Notes: generated by a model not told the origin, from the letters alone. A stretch of DNA of 64,000 nucleotides from a virus (IMGVR_UViG_2706796186_000001:64001-128000); one strand, 5' to 3'. Positions 18,359 to 28,238 are shown, numbered from the stretch's first letter. Program-made: numbers and translations.

Positions 18359-20542
18359 ATGCAGAGGTTCAATATCTTTAGAGACCAGTCCATCCAGTTG
18401 GCGATGTCTTTGATTTTTAAATCAGAAGCCATTGCTGAGCAGATGAATCTGGCTATAACCGAGAATGGCGGTTATGTGTCGAATGACCGCACAACGTGGC
18501 GGTACTACCTGCATTTGGCAGGTCGTCGACATGAAATCGACAAACCGATTTTGTTTAAATCGGTCGAAAGCGGCGAGGAAATAGAGCTTACGGTGGCCAA
18601 CTTGGCTATTCATAAGAAAACCTCGAACGTCTATCGTTCCAACACCGAGTATATCGAAAACCTCATCGAGGCGTATCCCGACTACGCGGTCTATATAAAA
18701 GGTGTCTTTTGGCCTGTGAGTTTAGAACGGGCCATCTCCCTAAATGATTGCAGTATCATGTACTACGACTCGAAGTATGTCGAAGCGCAAGAGCAGTCAT
18801 TGATTCACGATTTAGAAGCAAAGATTCGTGCCACGCACGTCCGATATTTTGCCCAAGGATGGCGTGTACACAACGATGCGTTCGTGCTGGCGTTCTACGA
18901 CATGCTCTACCCTATGTTGCCTGCCTTTATCATGCAGTTGCGACATGAGAAGCAATTCACCGTTGAAACACACAGTTACTACGTCACCGAGTTCCTGGCC
19001 TCGCACCAAGAGCTGCACGAGTTTATTCCTTACCTAACTCAAAAACAGATGTTCACGCTATACCGTAACATCCGTTATTGGGAGCGCAACTCCGGCAAGA
19101 AAGAAATCTTCGACTGGATGGTGGAAACCCTCCTCACAGGTTGGAGTATGCCTGCCGTGGCGTACAATGTTGGCCAGTTAATTCACGACCCCACCACCGG
19201 GTTAGATGAAGACTTAACGCCGAAGCCGACAGGGTACCAGCAAGCTCTAAACTATAAAGAGCGTACGTCAGGCCGTGATTTGGATTTGGTTGCAACCGCT
19301 GACCTCATCCAGAAAGAGTTGTCGTTGGCCTCCGAAAACGGTCAACACCAAGTTGAGTACCAGACAGACCTAGACACGCGTCTGGGCCTGACGCAATATC
19401 CTAACCTGTCCACGAAGCTTGTCGAAGTGACCGCCATTGACCCCGAAGCTATTGAGCGTTGGGAGTATATGCACGGCCTCTTTAATGAGTGGTTACACTT
19501 AACGGCCAGTGGAAAGTACAACATTTATCACGACATCCTTAACCCGACCAATGGGGACACGTTGAAGCTCTCGTCTAAAGAGTTGTTCGCGCTGTACCTC
19601 TATGCTGGGTTCAAAGGTTTCTCCAATATTGAGTTGACCACCATCCCTGCGTTCCATGCCATGGACGTCCAGATTAAACGCTGGATTACCCCGGAAGAAA
19701 TGCACAACGCAATCTACCCAGATAGCTGGGTTGGGCGTTACGATGGTATGGTTAACTATTTCGCTGACACACAGTACGAGGTCATTGGGTCGCTGACCAG
19801 CAACGATGAGTTGTTCGATGCAATCTCCACGATGTTAGATAATAAACGTAAGCGCTACAGTTATGTTTATAACCGTCGTAAGATTCCTGACCGTGCAGCG
19901 GGCTTGCAACTGTTTGCTTACATGTATCGGAGCTACCGTTGCGATTTAGAACTGCCGTATACGGACTATGAAGAATTCTTCAGAACGTACGGAATCGACC
20001 ACACATTGATTTCGAACGAGACGTGGCAGGACATTGCAACTGATGCGTTCAATATTGCAACAAACATGGAGAACCGGGCGGTTCTGTCTCAAGGTGAGAT
20101 TCAGCGTGCAATGGTAAGGTTGATGAGTAAGCTCTCATCGTACACCATCCATTTTGCTGCACGTATGGCGTCTGACTCGTACGACATTACCGATCCTATC
20201 ACACCGATTCTTGGGGACATACCGGCTTCCGCACACGCGTCGATGTCGGTTGACCATCCTCATACCGGTGTGCAGGATGTGGCTGTGAAGTCGAAGATGT
20301 CCACCTCAACACCGCTCGCGGTGATGCCCGATATCGTCGCCTTAAAAGCACCCCGTCGTTTGCGATACCAAATGGATATCGCTATGGGTATTCAGGTAAC
20401 GATGCATCAGCATCAGGTGGTTAACATTTCTGAGCCGTTAGTGGGCGTGGACGTTACTGAAAACGTAAAAGACAAAGCCTACTTGAGCGATAAGATTAGG
20501 AAGCGTGCCCTCGATGGCTTTATTAAGGGCGAGTATTTCTAA
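18359..20542 (+). CDS. Virion structural (putative baseplate) protein, 727 aa
   Basis: TWRYYLHLAG and LYRNIRY.ERNSGK motifs of phiKZ-group virion proteins; divergent from the portal. Confidence 0.7.
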   Translation: MQRFNIFRDQSIQLAMSLIFKSEAIAEQMNLAITENGGYVSNDRTTWRYYLHLAGRRHEIDKPILFKSVESGEEIELTVANLAIHKKTSNVYRSNTEYIENLIEAYPDYAVYIKGVFWPVSLERAISLNDCSIMYYDSKYVEAQEQSLIHDLEAKIRATHVRYFAQGWRVHNDAFVLAFYDMLYPMLPAFIMQLRHEKQFTVETHSYYVTEFLASHQELHEFIPYLTQKQMFTLYRNIRYWERNSGKKEIFDWMVETLLTGWSMPAVAYNVGQLIHDPTTGLDEDLTPKPTGYQQALNYKERTSGRDLDLVATADLIQKELSLASENGQHQVEYQTDLDTRLGLTQYPNLSTKLVEVTAIDPEAIERWEYMHGLFNEWLHLTASGKYNIYHDILNPTNGDTLKLSSKELFALYLYAGFKGFSNIELTTIPAFHAMDVQIKRWITPEEMHNAIYPDSWVGRYDGMVNYFADTQYEVIGSLTSNDELFDAISTMLDNKRKRYSYVYNRRKIPDRAAGLQLFAYMYRSYRCDLELPYTDYEEFFRTYGIDHTLISNETWQDIATDAFNIATNMENRAVLSQGEIQRAMVRLMSKLSSYTIHFAARMASDSYDITDPITPILGDIPASAHASMSVDHPHTGVQDVAVKSKMSTSTPLAVMPDIVALKAPRRLRYQMDIAMGIQVTMHQHQVVNISEPLVGVDVTENVKDKAYLSDKIRKRALDGFIKGEYF

Positions 20543-20567
20543 TCTATTGACATAAGCGAGAAATTGT

Positions 20568-21092
20568 ATGCCGTATCGTATCGACCTATCGAAACCACCC
20601 CACGAAATACTGGTGAATCGCATCAACTACGTCTGGGGTACTTCTTATAGACCAGACCAGGTTGAATTCAACAGTCGTGGCGCATGGCCGCTGACGAAAG
20701 AAGAACGACGTGCGCGTGGCGTCGAATCTAAAATCGCGGCACGATTTAAAAACGGGGTAATGGGCTTTCAGGAGTTCCACCTTACCCGTGCCGACCTGAC
20801 CGAACTGCTGGAAGGGGTTGTGGTAGAAGTTCCGATGGGTATTACGTGGAGCCACTACCTCGTCCCTTACATCATTGATGAGTTAGGTTTACAGTTGGGG
20901 CCGTACGATTTGGTGATTGAACCGTTAGAAGGGGATTTCACCACGTACGTCGCACGCATCGAACCGCATCATCCTTCATTCAAAGGGACGATTGATATTA
21001 AGTTCGTTGACCCGACCCCACGTAAGTTAACCGACCTCGTCACGAAATACAAACTTGACGGATTCCGCGTAGGAGAATTTTTCGATGGCTAA
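20568..21092 (+). CDS. Virion structural protein, single module of the paralog family at 53-64 kb
   Basis: SKP..EIL...IN, R.DL, LGL.L...D, F.G.I and L..LV....LDG pattern shared with the tail paralogs. Confidence 0.65.
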   Translation: MPYRIDLSKPPHEILVNRINYVWGTSYRPDQVEFNSRGAWPLTKEERRARGVESKIAARFKNGVMGFQEFHLTRADLTELLEGVVVEVPMGITWSHYLVPYIIDELGLQLGPYDLVIEPLEGDFTTYVARIEPHHPSFKGTIDIKFVDPTPRKLTDLVTKYKLDGFRVGEFFDG

Positions 21093-21969
21093 TACCAAGG
21101 TGTATGACGGTAAGTTGTCCACAGCGACACTTAGCGCCATGCGTTTAGCAAGTGCGTTGATTTGTGGTGCCGATGTAAAGTACCCACAGAACTCAACGCT
21201 CAATGAGTTTTTCAAACTGATGACCGGTAAGCTGCCAGACCCATCGGTACGACCGAGTCTGAAGTATATGTCCATCGGCTTCGCAGGTCACAAATCCATC
21301 AAGGTGAAAACCATTGACAGTTTTGTGCCGATTGCGAAAAGTCCTACTGCGTCGGGGATGTTCAGTCACGTACCGTTTGTGTTGCGTACCCTCGATAACG
21401 ACCTGAGCGATGAACAGCGTAAAGATTATGCGTTCCGTACTCAAGTCAATGTTGAAGGCCGTAACTACTGGGCGTATTACCTGAAGCGTCTGGATATGCG
21501 TTCTGTTCAGACGACCGACCTCGAAACAATCCGCGAAAACGGCGTGCCGAAGACGGAAGACTTCGTCTACAAAGACAGCGACCTGAACCCGATCCCTAAA
21601 GACCTGCCAGATTATGACTACGACGATGACAGCACCGTCGAAATCCCGGACGGTCGTTATGTTCAGTCGGGCTGCGACATCGTTATCAACTGGACGGAGT
21701 TCGACATTCAGGAATACCTGAACGTGGCGGCCATCATGTTGGGTGACGCTGGTTCTGCTATCGTGTCTGAAATCGCGCTGTGCTCTGGTGTGGACTTCAC
21801 CACCGGTGGTCAATCTGCAACTGGTTCGCCGTTCTCGTACGAAGAAGCCATCGGGGTACAGGTTCTGTATCACATCAGCCTCTTTACTAACCTTGCACAA
21901 ACCAACGACCAGCTGGGTCTGACGATTCGTGTGGGTCAGCCTGCGCCGTTCTATCTGGGACAAGCGTAA
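21085..21969 (+). CDS. Virion structural protein, 294 aa
   Basis: STLNE, HVPFVLR.LDNDL, Y.AYYLKR and AIVSEIALCSGVD motifs of phiKZ-group virion proteins. Confidence 0.7.
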   Translation: MANTKVYDGKLSTATLSAMRLASALICGADVKYPQNSTLNEFFKLMTGKLPDPSVRPSLKYMSIGFAGHKSIKVKTIDSFVPIAKSPTASGMFSHVPFVLRTLDNDLSDEQRKDYAFRTQVNVEGRNYWAYYLKRLDMRSVQTTDLETIRENGVPKTEDFVYKDSDLNPIPKDLPDYDYDDDSTVEIPDGRYVQSGCDIVINWTEFDIQEYLNVAAIMLGDAGSAIVSEIALCSGVDFTTGGQSATGSPFSYEEAIGVQVLYHISLFTNLAQTNDQLGLTIRVGQPAPFYLGQA

Positions 21970-22619
21970 TGTTGATACCTGAACCGCGTCTCCCGGACAA
22001 CATGGTGCGGATTGTGGGTGTCGACCCCGGCACCTCACATCTCGGGTTAGCGGTTCTGGATTGGGAATACGGCACAGAGCAGGCCGAAGTGGTGTGGGCA
22101 GAAACTCTACACGTCAAAGACCCGACACACGACTCCTCTTTTGGAGAGACGGTGGGGCGGCGTGATGCTCGCATGATACAACTCGAAGCCTTATTCGAGG
22201 AATTCCTTCGGTTAGCTCGGCCGACCTTCCTTGCAACAGAAACCCCGTTCATGAAACGGGGTAAGCTTTCCGCCTATGAGTCCGGTGTTGAATTGCAATT
22301 GATGTTGCGCCGTTCCTTGTGGCGCGTCTTTCCGACGAAAGTCATTCACGGTTATCACCCCATTATTGTGAAATCTTATGTTGGTGTTGATGCGAGAGGC
22401 ACTGATAAGGAAGACATGAAACGCGCAGTCCAAAAACTGTACGCGAACCACACCCATGTCGACCTCAGTACCTTGGACGAACACAGTAACGATGCCGTCG
22501 CTGTGTGCAACATCTTCGTGAGGCTTTCACTGCTCAACTTAAACAGTCTCCTGCCGCCCAAAGAGAAGAAACCGAAAGGCTCCTTTTCCAAACGTCGGCG
22601 TAAACGGAAAAGGGGTTAA
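21969..22619 (+). CDS. ruvC: RuvC-like Holliday junction resolvase
   Basis: IVGVDPGTSHLG, ATETPF, VKSYVG...K..M, and DEHSNDAVAV catalytic motifs. Confidence 0.85.
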   Translation: MLIPEPRLPDNMVRIVGVDPGTSHLGLAVLDWEYGTEQAEVVWAETLHVKDPTHDSSFGETVGRRDARMIQLEALFEEFLRLARPTFLATETPFMKRGKLSAYESGVELQLMLRRSLWRVFPTKVIHGYHPIIVKSYVGVDARGTDKEDMKRAVQKLYANHTHVDLSTLDEHSNDAVAVCNIFVRLSLLNLNSLLPPKEKKPKGSFSKRRRKRKRG

Positions 22620-22621
22620 CC

Positions 22622-23176
22622 ATGTCACTGTCTCAACAGGATGCTACCGCACAAGCGTTAGATGTCCTTATTCAAGCGGGCACCAACAAGCTCAGCATTG
22701 AAGAGGCCAGTAAAGTGAAAGACGCGGCTGCTGCTCTTGGGCATGCGGATATCATCGATGTCACCAAGCCTGCCAGCGTCATACTGTCTGTTCTGCGCCC
22801 GATGTTAATCGCGCAGATTGGCCAGTTGGCAGACAACCTCGAACAGCGCGCAGTCGGTGCTGTAGAGGGGCTGGATGCAAAGTATGGCAAAGAAACCATG
22901 ATGACCTTGTGGCCGAACTTTGGTCGCGGGGTGAAGTTCATCGTGATGCTGTTAGCGTTGGCGACCGTTGCCGTTGCGGGGTACCTTGCGTACTACACCA
23001 TGCACACGCCAGAAATGGACTCCATGGATGTGGCTATCGTGGGACTTACCCCACTGTTTGGACTGGCGGTGTTCTGCACTTGGCCAATCAAAACACTGGC
23101 GTACAGTTCGATGGCGATTGCAGCCAAAGTCGTTGAGGCGAAACTCCAGAAAAAAGCGACCGCAACCAAGTCGTAA
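22622..23176 (+). CDS. Membrane protein with two predicted TM helices
   Basis: FIVMLLALATVAVAGYLAYY and VAIVGLTPLFGLAVFCTW; basic tail. Confidence 0.75.
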   Translation: MSLSQQDATAQALDVLIQAGTNKLSIEEASKVKDAAAALGHADIIDVTKPASVILSVLRPMLIAQIGQLADNLEQRAVGAVEGLDAKYGKETMMTLWPNFGRGVKFIVMLLALATVAVAGYLAYYTMHTPEMDSMDVAIVGLTPLFGLAVFCTWPIKTLAYSSMAIAAKVVEAKLQKKATATKS

Positions 23177-23179
23177 GTC

Positions 23180-23213
23180 TCTCGCCCTTCGGGGCGAGAT
23201 CTTTTCTTTTTTT
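23180..23213 (+). terminator. Intrinsic terminator, UUCG loop
   Basis: TCTCGCCC-TTCG-GGGCGAGA plus T-run. Confidence 0.85.
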
Positions 23214-23263
23214 GTCTTAATACGCGAGTTGTAATTTATGTGAAAACGATTAGGGGGATAACC

Positions 23264-23887
23264 ATGAATCTATTACAGATGCGCGTTCGCACGGCACTGA
23301 TATCTGCGACGGGGGTTCTGAACGCCATACCGAAGCTGCCTAAAATAGTGCTCGGTGATGAAATCAGAAAGCGGCTTATTGTCAGTATGCTTGAAGAACA
23401 GACGTGGGCGAAGTACAGAACACTTCCTGCGGGTTATTCACAAGTAAGGCCACCGTATGTGGGTCAAACGCTAGACATGCTTAAAACGTTGTTTAAGGGC
23501 GCTAGCGTTGACGATGTACAACATGCGTATCGGTGTCTGGCGAATGCGACAGACAAACTACTCGCTCGGAGCTATGGCTTATGGCCAGAAGGTTTACCCG
23601 AAGAGGGTTTCGATGACAGTTACCCTGCGGGTGCGCTGTTGTTTGACCACGGGGTGTCTTACCGATTCCACAAGAACTTCATCCATGCAGTTTGGCTACG
23701 TCCAACGGTAGACATGAAGGAAATGTCAGTTGCTTCCTACATCGACTTCATTTGCACACATTGCGGCGACGTCGACGTCAAGGGCTACACGGTGCGTGAA
23801 CTAACACCATCGATGCCTATCGAAGATTTCCTCGGCGATGTGCACACCGATTATTTGGAGAGGAAATTATGCTCTACATCGAAGTGA
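23264..23887 (+). CDS. Hypothetical protein
   Basis: AGGGGG SD before ATG 23264. Confidence 0.7.
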   Translation: MNLLQMRVRTALISATGVLNAIPKLPKIVLGDEIRKRLIVSMLEEQTWAKYRTLPAGYSQVRPPYVGQTLDMLKTLFKGASVDDVQHAYRCLANATDKLLARSYGLWPEGLPEEGFDDSYPAGALLFDHGVSYRFHKNFIHAVWLRPTVDMKEMSVASYIDFICTHCGDVDVKGYTVRELTPSMPIEDFLGDVHTDYLERKLCSTSK

Positions 23888-24345
23888 GTCCTGATAAGGT
23901 CTCCGGTGACCTGTTCCCCGGATTGCGTAAATGGATTGATGACCAGAACGAACACCGAGGTCAACCCATCCGTGTGGTCATGGCAGTGGAAGATGATATT
24001 CCGATGGGTGTTATGGCCTATGCCGATGGCCAGATACTCTACATCTACGTACCGGAAGAATCTCGCCGGGGTGGTGTCGGTACGGCATTACTGAAACGGG
24101 CGGTGTTGGAAAGTAAGCGTTCGGTGGTCAGCGCAAAGGTGCACCCGTCGAACGTTGATGGATTATGTTTCATGCTCAAGTGCGGCTTCGCTATTGATGG
24201 TGTCATGATCGGTTTGGATAATGTACGTTATCATCGTATGACGAATAACATCGTCGTTGTACATACGCCGCCGGAGGAGAAGCACTTAGAAACGTTTGTG
24301 ACGAATGTGCCGATATTTTTATCGATGGCGGAAGGTAATTTCTAG
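23869..24345 (+). CDS. GNAT-family acetyltransferase
   Basis: IYVPEESRRGGVGTALL (motif A) and N..GL.F..KCGF (motif B). Confidence 0.85.
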   Translation: MLYIEVSPDKVSGDLFPGLRKWIDDQNEHRGQPIRVVMAVEDDIPMGVMAYADGQILYIYVPEESRRGGVGTALLKRAVLESKRSVVSAKVHPSNVDGLCFMLKCGFAIDGVMIGLDNVRYHRMTNNIVVVHTPPEEKHLETFVTNVPIFLSMAEGNF

Positions 24346-24361
24346 CCGCGAGATTATAACA

Positions 24362-24847
24362 ATGTTACGTGTTGTGTACGAGACACGGTGCTTGGACGAT
24401 GTCCAATCAAAGCCAGTTTGTCGCGCTGAAATCGTGCCCGCCTCGGCGGTGGACAGAGCAGCGTCCACACTTCGGGGTGTGCCGGTGAAGTTTACACAGT
24501 GTGACGAACATCGCGAGAACAAACCTTATAAGACTATACCGGCAATGCGGCCCAGTAAGCGTAGAAGTTATGCCGAATTAAAGCAAAGACTTTATCGGCA
24601 TTACCGTCGAAGTGCTTGGAAACAGTTAGTGATGCTAGTCATTGACGATTTCATTAAGAACCTCGATTGGGAAGAAGTGCTTAAAGAGGCGGGCTTCCGC
24701 ACTCATTCTTTCACGTACCACTGGCATCAATTCAAAAAACAGTACGACCACGAACTTCGTTGGTCACCTGCAACCCGAAAGATGTTTGCGCGTCTTGAGG
24801 GGCAGGACTGGCTCCTACCGTATATGGAAGAGGACAAAAAAACATGA
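24362..24847 (+). CDS. Hypothetical protein
   Basis: Open frame, ATGA overlap with the next gene; start uncertain. Confidence 0.6.
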   Translation: MLRVVYETRCLDDVQSKPVCRAEIVPASAVDRAASTLRGVPVKFTQCDEHRENKPYKTIPAMRPSKRRSYAELKQRLYRHYRRSAWKQLVMLVIDDFIKNLDWEEVLKEAGFRTHSFTYHWHQFKKQYDHELRWSPATRKMFARLEGQDWLLPYMEEDKKT

Positions 24848-25236
24848 TGCGCATTGTAGCAGCTTTTATTTTAACGGTTATTTCGTTTACAGTTTCTGCA
24901 AACTTTAATCCCTACGTAATGGAAGGGTTCAAACCTTCCAATCCGGGGGATGTTCGTGTGAAGTTTACCGAGTTGGATAACCCGACCACGGTAGCGGAGC
25001 ATGGCGGGTTTGCTGTCGTGAATACAGGCCGGTCAGAAAAATGCCCCGCAGGGGGTTTCTATCTGGTTAACCTGACCCGCAAGACATATCAGTTCGTCGA
25101 TGCGGGTTCCTGTCAAAAGGATATTCGTGTGTCATTGTCTGGCCCATTCCCAGACAAACTTTCAGTCGTAACGGAGATTTTGACGTTCACTTACAAAGAC
25201 ATCGTTACGGCACGATACCCACTCTACAGTTATTGA
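24844..25236 (+). CDS. Exported protein with signal peptide
   Basis: MMRIVAAFILTVISFTVSA signal with V-S-A cleavage site; two Cys. Confidence 0.75.
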   Translation: MMRIVAAFILTVISFTVSANFNPYVMEGFKPSNPGDVRVKFTELDNPTTVAEHGGFAVVNTGRSEKCPAGGFYLVNLTRKTYQFVDAGSCQKDIRVSLSGPFPDKLSVVTEILTFTYKDIVTARYPLYSY

Positions 25237-25243
25237 GTGGTTT

Positions 25244-25277
25244 TCTCTCCCTTCGGGGAGAGATCATTTTATTTTTT
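25244..25277 (+). terminator. Intrinsic terminator, UUCG loop
   Basis: TCTCTCCC-TTCG-GGGAGAGA plus T-run. Confidence 0.85.
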
Positions 25278-25311
25278 AAGTCACCGGTGAATGCTATAGG
25301 AGGTGTCAATC

Positions 25312-25914
25312 ATGACCATAATCTATCGCATTGCTGTAATCGGTTCACGGGAAACAGAAGAAGCGACCATGAGCGAAATGTACATGGCGTTGCTGCGCGG
25401 ATTCAATATGCTGCACCACAGGGGCTACAAGATTCTGTACAGTAGTGGTGGGTGCTGGAAAGGCCCTGACCAGTTACAGTTCAGGTTTGCTCAACAGTGG
25501 GCGAATACCATTGACCAAGACACCGGTAAGAAGGTCGTCTGGGACGATGAGTTCATCTGTTACTTAGCCGACAACAAGAAGATGGGTTGGCTACCGGGAT
25601 TGCACCGTAACGTCGACTTCCGTGTAATCGCACAGGACGAACGCTACCGCGATATCGTACGAAAGTTACACTCTTACCCTGATAAGCTAAAAGAATTCGC
25701 CTGGGCGCTTCATGGGCGCAATTTGAACATCATTATGGGGGATAATCTCGATACGCCAGTAGATGCCGTCTATTATTCGGCACCGTTGGATAAAGACGGT
25801 AATCCAACGGGCGGTACCGCGATGGGTGTGAAGTACGCCAAGGAGTGTGGCATCCCTTGTTATAACCACGGTTACGATGCCCGCAAGTGGCTGGAGACCG
25901 TGCGTTTATTATGA
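25312..25914 (+). CDS. SLOG (DprA/Smf-like) nucleotide-binding protein
   Basis: IAVIGSR, SGG..G.D, RN..I and GGTA..V.YA...GIP.YN motifs; AGGAGGT SD. Confidence 0.8.
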   Translation: MTIIYRIAVIGSRETEEATMSEMYMALLRGFNMLHHRGYKILYSSGGCWKGPDQLQFRFAQQWANTIDQDTGKKVVWDDEFICYLADNKKMGWLPGLHRNVDFRVIAQDERYRDIVRKLHSYPDKLKEFAWALHGRNLNIIMGDNLDTPVDAVYYSAPLDKDGNPTGGTAMGVKYAKECGIPCYNHGYDARKWLETVRLL

Positions 25915-25941
25915 CCTGGCCGCATACCTGAGGACACCACT

Positions 25942-26214
25942 ATGAAACCCTATCCATTCTGGAAACGTTTATACTTTGCCTTTTTCCCAGACAAAGACCC
26001 GAGAACGGTTAAATACATCTTCACGTTCGATCGTGAGGAAGATGAGTTTTGGGCAATGCTGAACGGTGACTATCCGGGATGGACGGCTATCTTTCCGTTC
26101 ATGGAACGGAGTGAGCCCCGTGTGATTCACTATCATGACATCCACGGGGACTTAGTGGCTATCTGTGTACGGTGGCCAAACCGCAACTATTACTACACCG
26201 TTAAGGTGCGTTAA
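25942..26214 (+). CDS. Hypothetical protein, 90 aa
   Basis: GAGGA SD. Confidence 0.7.
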   Translation: MKPYPFWKRLYFAFFPDKDPRTVKYIFTFDREEDEFWAMLNGDYPGWTAIFPFMERSEPRVIHYHDIHGDLVAICVRWPNRNYYYTVKVR

Positions 26215-26230
26215 GACAAGGGGTGTGGCC

Positions 26231-26590
26231 ATGCGTGTAAAAAGAACAAGTGATGGCAAACTGTCATTCTTGTGTCCGGGTTGTGGCGTACGCCATACGG
26301 CGTCAGTTTCTTCATCTGGTGGCCCACAGTGGTCGTGGAACGGTGACGTAGACCGTCCCACGTTAACGCCATCTGTGTTGGTGCGCTCCGGGCACTATGT
26401 TCCTGGACACGACAAATCTGGCTGTTGGTGTACCTACTACGCTGATCATCCTGATGAAGATCCCGAAGACAGTTTCAAATGTGGTGTCTGCCACTCGTTT
26501 GTGACAGACGGAAATATCCAATTCTTAAACGATTGTACACATGCACTGGCCGGGAAAACTGTTCCTCTGCCTGAGTTGCAGGAGGACTGA
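26231..26590 (+). CDS. Cys/His-rich putative Zn-binding protein (DUF6527-like)
   Basis: FLCPGCG..H, W.WNGD.DRPT.TPSV and CHSFVTDG.IQFL.DCTH.LAG. Confidence 0.75.
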   Translation: MRVKRTSDGKLSFLCPGCGVRHTASVSSSGGPQWSWNGDVDRPTLTPSVLVRSGHYVPGHDKSGCWCTYYADHPDEDPEDSFKCGVCHSFVTDGNIQFLNDCTHALAGKTVPLPELQED

Positions 26591-26592
26591 TT

Positions 26593-27759
26593 ATGTCGTC
26601 ACCAGATTTAGATTTTATTACGCTGTGTGAGGATTTTGACACAGTGGTTGCCTTGGAGTCCATTGGGGTGGGAATGAATAACCCGATGATGCGCTCTATT
26701 GCCTTGCGATGGAACGTGTTAGATGAAGCCGAGGCGGAGTGGGAAGAAGCGGTTGCCCGTGAGTCCAATGCGATGATGGAACGGGCACAGGCGGTCGCCG
26801 ACGGTGCTGCACAAGGTAGCATCGCGAAGAAGGTTGCCAAAGACGCCGGTAAGGCTGCGGTGGGTGTGGGGATGGGTGCTGCCCGTCTGGCCGGTAAAGG
26901 GACTGTTAAGGGCGCGAAAGCCGCAGGTAAAGGCGCTAAACACCTTTCGAGCAAACTGCTGGATAAATTCAAAGAGTGGGCAGAACACTACGGTCCTATC
27001 TTTAAAGAGAAAATCGCGGACATGACGTCGAAATCCACCACGATGGAAAAGCGTCGCCAGAAGCTCGAGTCCAAACTGCACACGGCGGAGATTCACCCGC
27101 AGGATGTCCGTGTCCTGACGTGGGCGAGTTGTGTCTGTTATGAAGACAAACCCGACCTTGCCAAGTGTATCGAGTTGTCGAATCACAGTGAAGCGATGGC
27201 TGCCGCGGTGAAAGAGTACACCGTGAAAGTTGACCAAACCAAACTGGTTGTCGACCGCCGTAAGAAGAACGATGACGGTACGCTGGATAAAATTGGTTAT
27301 CCGTCAAACGCCGCGATTCACCGTGCTTCAGGTCTTCTCGGACGCTTTACCGAGAACGATGTCAAGGCCCGTCCGTTAGCCGGTAACGTTATCATTGTTA
27401 CCCGTGGGTTCGGTGCAAAAGAGAAGGTGGAGTTTGCCGTTGCCCGTGAAGCCAAAATCGGTGGCAAGTTCGAAACGCTGTCTAAGGCCGAGTGTGAAAA
27501 AGCATTAGAAGCCGTTAAGCGTATTGCACAAGCCCTCGAAGACCGCAGTGCTAAGCGTGGCGTCTTCAGCTACACCGGCATCTATGAAAACATGGAAAAG
27601 CTGCGTGAGCACATGAAGGATTTGGACGGGAACGAGCTGCGTGCCGTTACGCTCCAGTTCAAGAACGCCATGGCTGTCGAAGATGCGTTTACAACAGCGC
27701 TCGTTCGTGTGGGTGATGGTCTGCTCAATTGGGTGCAGGCGTCCATTAAGGCGGGTTAA
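26593..27759 (+). CDS. Putative internal head protein with cleavable propeptide
   Basis: Acidic N-terminus with ALE-S and ARE-S sites (AxE motif), then a Lys/Ala/Gly-rich segment; GGAGG SD. Confidence 0.6.
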   Translation: MSSPDLDFITLCEDFDTVVALESIGVGMNNPMMRSIALRWNVLDEAEAEWEEAVARESNAMMERAQAVADGAAQGSIAKKVAKDAGKAAVGVGMGAARLAGKGTVKGAKAAGKGAKHLSSKLLDKFKEWAEHYGPIFKEKIADMTSKSTTMEKRRQKLESKLHTAEIHPQDVRVLTWASCVCYEDKPDLAKCIELSNHSEAMAAAVKEYTVKVDQTKLVVDRRKKNDDGTLDKIGYPSNAAIHRASGLLGRFTENDVKARPLAGNVIIVTRGFGAKEKVEFAVAREAKIGGKFETLSKAECEKALEAVKRIAQALEDRSAKRGVFSYTGIYENMEKLREHMKDLDGNELRAVTLQFKNAMAVEDAFTTALVRVGDGLLNWVQASIKAG

Positions 27760-27761
27760 GC

Positions 27762-28238
27762 ATGAAAGTCGTTTTAGTTTCTAAGTTAACATCCCGGCTG
27801 GGCCAGAAGTTCCACGCCGAGTTAACCGATTTGCACAACAGTCTCTATAACGACCAGCAGGCCCGTCTTAAAGACCTGAATGGCCGAAGTGGCTTTAATG
27901 AAATCGATGATGTCTCCGAAGTCTGGAGCGAAGGACAGCAGGCTGCCGTGGCTGTAGACGACGAAGGTCGTGCGGTGGGGTTCCTGTCCTTCTCCATTCA
28001 GACCGGTCGGTCGAACATGGGCAGTAAGTGGTTGTGGATTTACAACTTCTATGTCAACAACGACCAACGTGGTAAAGGTGTCGGTCTTCTGCTGATGAAC
28101 GCGGTGCGTGACCACGGGAAAGCCAAAGGTTGTGGTTTCATGCAGCTCTACGTGCTGGACAATAACCAGCAAGCGATTGCGATGTACCAGAAGTTTGGTT
28201 TTCGCACCGAATATCGGGATATGGTGAAGGAGATTTAA
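27762..28238 (+). CDS. GNAT-family acetyltransferase
   Basis: FYV...QRGKGVG..LM and L.V...N..AI.MYQKFGF. Confidence 0.9.
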   Translation: MKVVLVSKLTSRLGQKFHAELTDLHNSLYNDQQARLKDLNGRSGFNEIDDVSEVWSEGQQAAVAVDDEGRAVGFLSFSIQTGRSNMGSKWLWIYNFYVNNDQRGKGVGLLLMNAVRDHGKAKGCGFMQLYVLDNNQQAIAMYQKFGFRTEYRDMVKEI

